A DNA stretch of 59,057 nt, counting the filler, from Sphacelaria rigidula (Eukaryota): assembly GCA_964200075.2 (NCBI GenBank). It is 5 parts of 5 records of this genome, joined end to end, with 100 filler letters (N's around TTAATTAATTAA, not from the genome) between each part and the next. Parts side by side here need not be neighbours in the genome. Positions count along the whole stretch, not along the records: positions 47,328 to 59,057 come from CAXNAA020004579.1; 4 more parts are not named here. One strand, 5' to 3'. Both the position numbers and the translations under genes were made by a program. The notes below the pieces were generated by a model that searched no databases, was not told the origin of the DNA, and worked only from the letters and a program-made list of their open reading frames with translations. Below are positions 50,101-59,057 of the stretch, one piece after another (within the stretch, counting starts at the first letter, position 1; each line of letters starts with the position of its first letter).

Positions 50101-53100
50101 TCACCGTGCGCTCTTCTCTTTTTCCCCGGTGGCTTTGGATCGCTTCTGACTATCCGCCTCCAACTTGGTTCGAAGAGCACCATGAAGTTGCCCCCTCCTC
50201 GCTGTCGTTAGCGTTGAGTTTGCCGGCTTCCCCTTGTCTTGCGCCTTCGCCCACGAGGGATTGTTCGCGCGCATCGCTTCTGTTGTGGATCTGAGCAACG
50301 CAGCATAACATGGCTCCGAAGCACGTTGCGTCTTGATTTCAGCATCTAGGAATGCCATATCGTCATCAATGCCGCCTCCTTCATCTGCCAATGTCAAGGT
50401 ACGGGTACTGCTTGCCTTGGCTCCGCTGCTGCCGCCGCCGCCGCCGCCCCCTCCTCTCGACGCCTTCTTGCCGGTTAATCCACTTTTCTTCGGTGGCGGC
50501 TTCTTTTTACCACAGCCTCTGCCGCTGCCGCCGGCGTGGGGAAGCTCGACATCAAATCCTCGATGATCAGCCGAAGAAATAACAGCGGCGGGCTTTCCTT
50601 TTTTTCGGCGTCCCTTTGCCTGAACCGGAGGCGGCGGGGGTCGGCGTGCTGCTCGCTCAGCATGAAGGTCGCTGAGCAGAGAATTGTCGCTTGATGCAGA
50701 AATCACGCTGGTACCTCCAGACTTAGCATAAGAGGCAACAGACATGGTTGTAGAGGCGACCCCTGTTCCTGGCTTCTTGCTCTCGGGAGAGTCAGATTCT
50801 TCGAGTTCTGTTGTTTCTGCAGGATAGGAATTTTCTGCTTCATTTGCCGTGGGTACCGAAGGCTCTTCGCGAGAACTACTCCGAGTGACACGGGTACCAT
50901 TCGAATCGTGATCAACCTCTGTACTCAAAACCTGAAAACCGGTGTAGCTATCTTCGACCTCTGAGTTGCGATGCTGCTCGCTGTCTACCTCGCCAACTCT
51001 TGATAGAATTAGACACCGACTCCGGCCTTCTCCTCGGCTTATATGTTGCAACCCTAAACCCTCTGCGGTTTCATGCACGAGCGCTCGCTGTCTGGAGGTG
51101 AGCTCCGTCGGAAGCACAAGCTCTTTTGCCCCCGATGGGAGGCCTTGATCTCCTAGCTCATCTCCGCCGGACGCTGCCCCCGCTATTCGCATCTCTGCAA
51201 ATGCATGAACGCGAGCGAGAACATCGTCGTCGGCGACTGTTTGGCCCAGCGCCGAACGTTCGTTTCGACTGCCTCCTCGCTGTGGACGTTTCCCGCTATT
51301 GCTCCCCGCTTTTGCTGTTTTCGACCCTGCCTGTTGATCGGCTGGTGCCTCCACTTGCAGCACAATATTGCTGGCACACCTTGTCGCCGCTAGCGGGGGA
51401 GCCTCTAGCCCACTAATGGTCACCAAGTTCGGATCTGTGCTCGCTTCGGTCGTCGCGTTTGTCACATCCGGAATCGGATCGAGCTCCAGGGCGCTACGAT
51501 ATTCGCCCTTACTCTCAAAATGTTGCAAAAGGCGGCCAATGAAAGCGTCCGACCCACAACACTCTGCGTCGCAAATGACGGCGACGTGGCGCTTGGCCCG
51601 AGTGACTGCCACATTGAGCCGCCGAGCGTCGGCGAGAAAGCCTATTTTTTTGGCTGCTCGACCATAACAAGTTCGAGGCGTAATTTGACACGGTCGAGAG
51701 AGGTGGGTAAGATGGAAGCAAAACTAGGGTGCGAGATATTGCTTCAACAAATGACATGGAGGATCCATCGGCCAAAACATTGCGTGCATTGCTATTCAGG
51801 AGTTGTCCCCATACTAGAAAACAATATTCTCGGATGATACTACAGGCGCAACAGGAGCATTTTTCACATCAGCCGACTACGTCACATCACTCTACACTTT
51901 CGACACAAACACACGTTTTCGCAATTGGCATTACTCACCGGCATTACTGCGAACAAGACTCAAAACGATGGCCTCCTTTTCTCCCCCCTGGAAACCGTCC
52001 ACGGATCGCACCTCTACCCCGGGGTATGTCGGGCGTAGTAGACGCTTCAGTAAATTCACCTATTATTAGAAGGTTGCAACAGCGGTAGGGATGGACGTGG
52101 GTACTCACGCAGATCACTCACGCTTTTGCACTCCAGTCGGAGACTTGACCATGATCGCCACCAGACGCGAATAGAAGGGTATAAGTTGGTCAATTCGCGC
52201 TACATCATTTAGCAATGTACGCCCGAGGGGAAAAGATGCAGAGTCCGTGGTCTCTGAAGTGATCCACCCATATATGATCAACGGTGTATTACTCAATGAA
52301 ACGGGAAATCCATTTACCCCACTTCACCACATGTAGACGCCACAGTGTACATGCCTGGTACCCATTTCATGTTTGGTGCAGCATTCAATACTGAAACCGC
52401 CTGCCGGAACATCTCGAAACAAAAAACTATGATGTGGCCGGCTCCTGCGGTGGGCCTCACGTGAAGTGCTGTCGTGCGAACCTCGATACACCTATTGCAA
52501 CCAGTACAATGTGAGCGACAGGCAGGGCAACACGAGACTGGACCACACGTATGACTATGGGGCCCTAGCAAAATTTAATCGTCACCTGACCATTGTAGGG
52601 CGATATCACGGCCACCTCGCTTTCCAATAAACCAGCCACCAGCAGATTCCTAACGGCGGCAATAACACAAAACAGAGTCAAGAGACGCAATTTCACCACA
52701 TACGACAATTGAACCTAGTCACATTAGCGAGTGGTGCAATGCATTCTGTGGCAAACTGAACACGCTTTGACGGGCTTAAAAAGCACCCGGTCGGAGCCCC
52801 ACCGCTCAATCAGCTTTCTCTTCTCGCCCCCGTCCCGGCTGCCCCCCAATCCATTTCAAGGGAAGCATGTCTTTGTCACCCACCTGAATATCGAAATCGT
52901 TTACACTTGAGTATCACACAACTTGATGACCAAAATCGTTTGAGGTTCCATGTCTAGCTCCCCGTCACTGTACCTACACCATGTACCCTAGCGAAAAGCA
53001 CGTCTAAATATATTACACCCTGTTTCGACGCTCCCCCTTACCGCAGCCCCGCCATTTCCCACGCTCTTGGGGTTATATTTTTTTGTGGAGAACGCCCAAC

Positions 53101-56001
53101 GCTGTTACATTACGACATATACGTGAAACAGGTTCAAACTCCAGCCCCCTCCTGACAGAAGCAAACGAAGGCGCTAAACCGCCTCTCGCTAGATTTTTAA
53201 AGCTCTCGCCTTCCGTAATAAAGTCAGGACTTGAGCGTAGACCCCTAGACTCTCGAGGATCCTTGACGTTACAACAAAAATAACTCACGTGACATGTTTC
53301 ACCGCCACCTCCGCTTCACGCTCGTTTCTGCGGCTTCCGCCTCCGGCCTCTTCTTCATTCATGTCGCAGCCCGTCGTGTCTATGAGGAGCATCACCGCTG
53401 CCGCCATGTCTTCGGCGTTCGAAGCGTGCGGAAGACCCGCCAGCGTGCGCGTCGCCACAGACGGATGGGCCCGCAAAAGACCACTGTACATCTGAGGAAA
53501 AAGAGTCGAGAACCGCGGCCATGAGACCGGGCACATGGTGGGTACTGCTGCGTTCATTGAATCATACGTTACGGCGCACACCTTCTGCACCTAAAAAGTA
53601 CACCTTCAGCACCTCAAAGGTAGGGAATATTTACTTTTTACCGCCCTAGAGGCTTATAAGGTATAGCGCTCTTCGTCGTTCGATCAACCGCCACACCTGT
53701 TTCTGGCTGCGCTCACCTCTGAAGATGCCCATTCGCAGATGCGCTCGTTCATGCGGTACTGCACATCAAGCATTCGGCACACTTCCGGGCCGCGATCCCT
53801 CAAAATTCTGTCGAACAGCGTCAAACCAAGCCCGTCGCCACTTGTCGAGCCGCCGCCGTCACCACGCGTATCGTCGCGTAACCCTGATTCAGCGGCTTGG
53901 CTTTTCACGGTAGGTGCCAGTTGTTTGTGGTCTCCTGCGAGCACCAAGCGCCTACCCTTGAGGATCGGGATCCAGCACGCCGCCTCCAAAGCCTTTCGAA
54001 AAACCGCAGTAGGTTGAACAAAATTGGGCAGCAAAGTGATGGGCGGTGGCGACGCTTTACAAATGCCAAAGAGGGTAAAGGATAGGCTTCTGCTTATTAC
54101 GCTAGCACGGGTTCTGACAAATGAAAATAATGATGGGTCACATGCACACAAAACCCGTGCTAGCATAATTAGTGGAAGCCTAGTGAAGGATAACATACGT
54201 TTTATTCGAAAGCCCCGGCACCGATCGTGACCCTTCGGCACGGTTGAAACGCCTGAGATTTTCGGAAGCAAACACCAGTTCTGCACTGATAAGCGTGACG
54301 AAGCACTGCGTCAGTTGCCTCGCTTTCGGACAGCGAGGACTCCAGCGATTTGCGATCTACGGATGAGAGCAGCATAAATCTTGACTGAAAAAGCGTAGCG
54401 CAACCCCTAACCTGGGCGGCCTCGTCGATCACGACCAAATCGAACTCTTCATCTCGTAGGCTGTACGTCGCTGCTCCGACGCAAGTGGCCAAAATGACAT
54501 CTCTCGACTTCAGGACCTCTCGTACCACCTTGTCCTCCCTCGTACGCGCTTCTTTCCGTAACGCCTTCACCTGAATACAGGCACACACAAGGATACAAGG
54601 CTGTGTACGGACTTGCGAAGTGACAACGACGAACAGAAAACAGCTAACTGCGTGACGTGGTACGAATATCTGTGACAAACATGCATCAACCATACAAGTC
54701 ACCACCCTGACAAAGGCATCCTAGATTATCACCCAGTTTCCGTCATGGTCTTACCTCACGCTTGGCCCCCTTTCTGTCTCCTACACGCGCTCGGCCCTTC
54801 GCCTTCGCTCCTCCGCTGGCGTCTCGGTTGCCATACAGCTGACCCACAAGCGCATCAATCTCGCCGCGGATGTCCTTCACAATAGCAGTGCCCTCGTGGC
54901 GAGAGATAATAGCATCCAACGAGTGCTCCAAAACCTACGGCGGCGAAGCGGGAGGGTCTCAGTGGCGATAACGTTGTGAGCATGTGTTTTTCTCCACTTG
55001 TACTGATGGTGTTGGGTAATATAATCCAGAAAAAAACTACACTATTTTGTGTGACTTCCAACTCGGCAGTCGGTACCCATGATCATGCATGCCATGGTCA
55101 TAAGACCATTGACCTCGCACCCCTACAAAGCCGGGACGGAGCACNNNNNNNNNNGGTGTATTCGGCGAGTCGCATGAAGGATGAGCTGCATCCTGCTAAG
55201 ACCGCTCAGCCCGAAACCTACTGATTATCTTGCATTTAGATGACAGCCTACAATGAGTTGCTTCATTTTCTGGTATCGCCACTTCTAGAGACAGCCACGG
55301 CTGATACACTGCCTCATGGGTGTCTCACCAGGGGGGAGGGGGGGGACACGTCGAAACAACGGTAACGTTTAAAGCATGTGCTTCCCGAGGGCGGCATTGA
55401 CGCAGCGTGTGTGTGCGTCAGGTGGACAGAATGGCCAGGCTACAGCAAAGGGCAAGCCCTTAAGTGGGCGGTTTGGCACACATCATCACAGAGTACGTTT
55501 CCACACATTCGCCTGCCCTACCTGCGGCAAAAGCCTCGCGGGATGTCCCATCCTCACAACGCGCGGTCGCGCGCCCTTACGGCTGCTCGCGCTGCTGGAA
55601 CCGCTGCCGTCGGGTACAGCAACCAATCGCTCCAAGATGCCGTCCACGGCAACGTTGGAAGGCGCGCACACCAGGCACCTGAGGCCTCGCGATACCGCCT
55701 CCAAAACTAGAGCCACAACTGTCGTGGTTTTGCCGGTGCCTGGACGGCGTTCGTCAAGAACACACGATCTATCAAGTACTGGATAAGTAAATGCTAAAAA
55801 ATACCGCATGTTCTTGCTCTGGTCAGTACTGAAGTACCCCCCTGCTTACCGACTAAGTTATCATGCCTTCAACAGCAAGGCGTCGACGGTATTCCTACAC
55901 GTTATATGAGGTATCATACGTATCCAGCAGGAATCTCGGGTGTACAATGGGCAAAAACGTTTTTTTTCGAGACGTGCGCAAGGTAATCAACTCCAGTTGA
56001 G

Positions 56002-56037
<36 letters not shown>

Positions 56038-56912
56038 GTACTTTAACTGACCCCCCAGGGGTCCAGCCGTGATCTCATGACAGACGTACCCAAGAAAAAC
56101 GAACTGAAACACGCTCTGAGAAAAAGAAGGAACAGAAAAAAAAGGGGGGTCGGACAGAACGACTTAGCAGACTAAGCCGTACCAGTATACACTCAAGATT
56201 AGGAAGGCTGTTGGTCGGCCCCTGCGTGCGCTGGTGTATAGGCGAGATTAGACATACTTCTTCACACACTCAGTAAACCCCATCCCCGAACCTGTACCAT
56301 GCAGGCGGACCATAGCAGGAGCATAGACTCGCCTGGGGGGCCGTGAATGAGCGCCAGGTCTCGGGTAGCCAGGGCAAACGCAACAGCCTCGCGTTGAGAG
56401 TCATTGAGATGAGCTGTTGCTGCAGACAGGGTGTCCAAAGGTGTGGCATTTGCGGTCGATTTGGGAGCAGAAAGAGGTTCCGAGCCAAAAAGGGCATTGA
56501 TGATGCGCTCAGATGGCCCACCGCCCGGGTATTTCTCCAGTGCGTCCAATCCCTGACAGAGAACGGCCGAGGGGTGGAGAAGTGAGAACGGAGGGGTAAA
56601 CGTATCGTCGTTGCCAAGCGCAATAGAAGCCATCGCTGATGACACGACGCAACCAGATATTCTGAAATATAAACAAGATATGTGTCCTGAGAGATACAGC
56701 GCGAGACTGTCACGAACGGCGCGGGTATAATTTTGTCACGATCACAGAGCACAGAATACCATCGCCGCGAGGAGAACCTACCGACATGAGCTTCCGGTGC
56801 GTCGCCTCGCTGGCAACCACATCCAACCTCAGCGGAGGTCGAAGGGCGCCCGCCTCGTCTGCATCTTCGCTGATTACTTCTACTGCAAGCTCTGACACCT
56901 TCCCGACGACCC
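50101..56912 (-). CDS. IGHMBP2: IGHMBP2/SMUBP-2 (UPF1-like SF1 helicase) with R3H domain; 5' exons missing
   Basis: Ten phase-compatible exons: 56912-56782, 56552-56333, 55739-55522, 54934-54755, 54570-54412, 53992-53717, 53491-53289, 52649-52586, 52059-51939 and 51653-50101. Motifs [69 protein letters not shown]3[19 protein letters not shown]. Confidence 0.95.
55073..55330 (-). mobile_element. SINE-like family B copy (contains a 10-N gap) in a helicase intron
   Basis: Same 5' end as the other copies; the 5' junction abuts a G tract at 55331-55346. Confidence 0.8.
56001..56095 (-). mobile_element. (AATC)n-tailed dispersed repeat
   Basis: (GATT)n then ttaactgaccccccaggggtccagccgtg..gacgtaccc; reverse complement of 1316-1395. 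Confidence 0.65.
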
Positions 56913-59057
56913 CTGCTCATGGAAACAGACGTTTGGATCGGCCATCGTTGTGCGCTTAGCGCATCGAGGCGAATTCCTGGACGACGAAGTTTGATATACA
57001 TTCATCAATGCGTTCGCGTTGAAGAATAGTACAACTAATCCCAACTGATACACTGTACATTCTCAACGGGTTACAAGTATAAACTTCAGCGGCGGGTACG
57101 CCGTCTGATATTACTACCCAACTCACAGCACCAGCATGCTTATCTTTTACGAATGTCTCAAACGATACGTCGGGGGCGACTGAAGCCACAACGAACGCTT
57201 TTGAAAACCTATGATACTTTTCATAGGGTAATCTTGTTCGCTGACTGGTATCCGTGGGCACGGAGCTGGCAAAAAATGCCTGTTTCGGTGCAGGCTTAAT
57301 TTCTTGATCAAACTTAGGGATCACTTGAACTATTGTTTCTCTTTCCATTGCATACCGCCCATGCCATCTGCTTCGTGACTGCGGAGGATGTTTCCTGCAG
57401 GCGTTAGATGGATTTTAAATGAACATGGGTAGTTAGCACATCGCTGTCAGCAAGCATTCGCACGCAAGCCCGCGCTGGGCAAATGGGATGTTGAACGTAC
57501 GTTATGAACCCTTTGCTAGATTTACCGTTTACCGCCGATTTGTCCATCCGGGCCATTTCAATAGTAAGTAAGATATCTCTACATGATTATTTTCGTTTTA
57601 AAACCATGCAGCAGAGCTGTATATCCACATATGTACCCTGCAAAACCTGCGACGTCACTTACTTCGGTTGCGTCGCTTGTCTTCGAGATCTCTGACTGAG
57701 TGTACTCTATGGTAAACTACAGACAGAATAATTGCGTGCACCACCCTGCTGCAAACAAGGCTGTGCCATCTGTCGCCGAGACACTCCACTGGAATAGCTG
57801 CGCCGACGATATGTTGCACAGTTTCATGCGGTGCAATCCTGTCGTATCCAACGACACAAATGTATCGGAGTGCAACACTGATCGCTCAGCCCTGTCGTAT
57901 AGAATGCGGCCAAAACCATATCGGTTCTGGAGTCCACCGAAATTACGCGCCAAGACATGTTCCTGATAGTTCACAGCAGAACTCTTGTTTGGTTGGTCTG
58001 CACCTCATAAGCTGCATGTCACATGGTGGCTCGACAGGCATCGGCGAGACGAGGCACAGAAGTTCAGCGGCACGCGAACGCCTCCATGATGAATGACTAC
58101 TTTTTTTCTTGGGTGAGACATATCACGCGGGTATGGGTAGGCTTTACTGTTGCATGTGGGCCCGCATCTTCAGACTGCCGGAGAGTGGGACTGCAGTTCG
58201 AAGGCCCGTTATGACCAATGCAGAACATGTCTATCCTTCTATGTCGGTATTTGAAGTCTTACCAAGCATGTAATATTCTGCTACAGTACTCGTATGTATT
58301 TTGAATGGCGCATGACCTCTGAAGTGTTCAATCGTGACGCATGCTTTCCCTTTAAAATTCAAGCTTGAGCTCTGCTGTCTGCTGCATGCACTTTCACGCA
58401 TTCGCAGCACCAGTACCGCATCACAGACTCCCCCACCTCCTTTTTGGAGTCGAATAAAAAATTCACACATTCGCCAAAAGTCACTGTAAAAACAGTATGA
58501 AAGTTAATGCAAAGTGCTGCATTACCTGCGGGAGTGACACGACATACATGGACAACAGGGAAGGTGAAATCATATTTCTTATCTCCCTTCTCTCGCGTAG
58601 GGCGCAGCGCCGAAGACAGGAAACTCTAGATCTCAGTCCTCACTGGTGTAAAAAAGGAGGAACTTCGCCACGATACGTTCGCGACACCGTGCATCACCGC
58701 ACCGAGAGGAGTCTAGTCCACTCTCACGACTCACTGGGCCACAATCCCCACACTGAGGACACATCGATGTGGTGCCTGCGGTGCTACTACCTTCTTTCGG
58801 TTCATAGATGCGGTGTCCAATGTGCCAAACCTCAACCTCATCCATCCAACGAATGTACTTTCGCAGTCCCGTAAGAAGCGACCTGAATCGCGCGAACAAT
58901 TCTCCCTGGGGTCGTCGACACTCGACACACCTCACCTACGCTGCGTACTCCACTTGGCACGCTATTTTTCTCCATTTCGTTTCCTTTTATTTTATTTCCT
59001 CACACTTTGAACCCCTCCCCTTCCTCGGGATGAGGCCGTGGTCTCAAGGGATCACCC

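Noticed and set aside
58633-58935. 100-aa minus ORF upstream of the helicase exons
   Set aside because: No resemblance to the IGHMBP2 N-terminus or to any family I recognise.
1-59057. Functional gene cluster, CRISPR array or prokaryotic system across the window
   Set aside because: Genes lie on unrelated contigs, the DNA is intron-rich eukaryotic, and no regularly spaced repeat-spacer array was seen.

Overview
Eukaryotic DNA, most likely from a brown alga (Phaeophyceae). This is inferred from the gene style: many short exons, kb-scale repeat-rich introns and frequent poly-C/G runs. The window is not one locus. It is five size-sorted contigs (1-11733, 11834-23566, 23667-35397, 35498-47227, 47328-59057; 11,733 down to 11,730 bp) joined by artificial 100-bp N44-TTAATTAATTAA-N44 linkers. 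Contig 1 has two exons of crooked-neck (CRN/CLF1). Contig 2 has a large low-complexity protein with nine RYD[VC]SSS motifs, a divergently transcribed PIG-C/GPI2 first exon, and a decayed LINE. Contig 3 has part of a formin (FH3-FH1-FH2). Contig 4 has a complete 6-exon RPS6. Contig 5 has most of an IGHMBP2/SMUBP-2 helicase with an R3H domain. The most interesting signals are (i) a candidate LINE/SINE pair sharing a stem-loop 3' tail that ends in GAGTAC, lacks poly(A) and repeatedly sits in C-rich tracts, and (ii) the RYDVSSS-repeat protein. Most ORF-track entries are shadow or intronic ORFs. All exon models were built by eye and lack transcript support.
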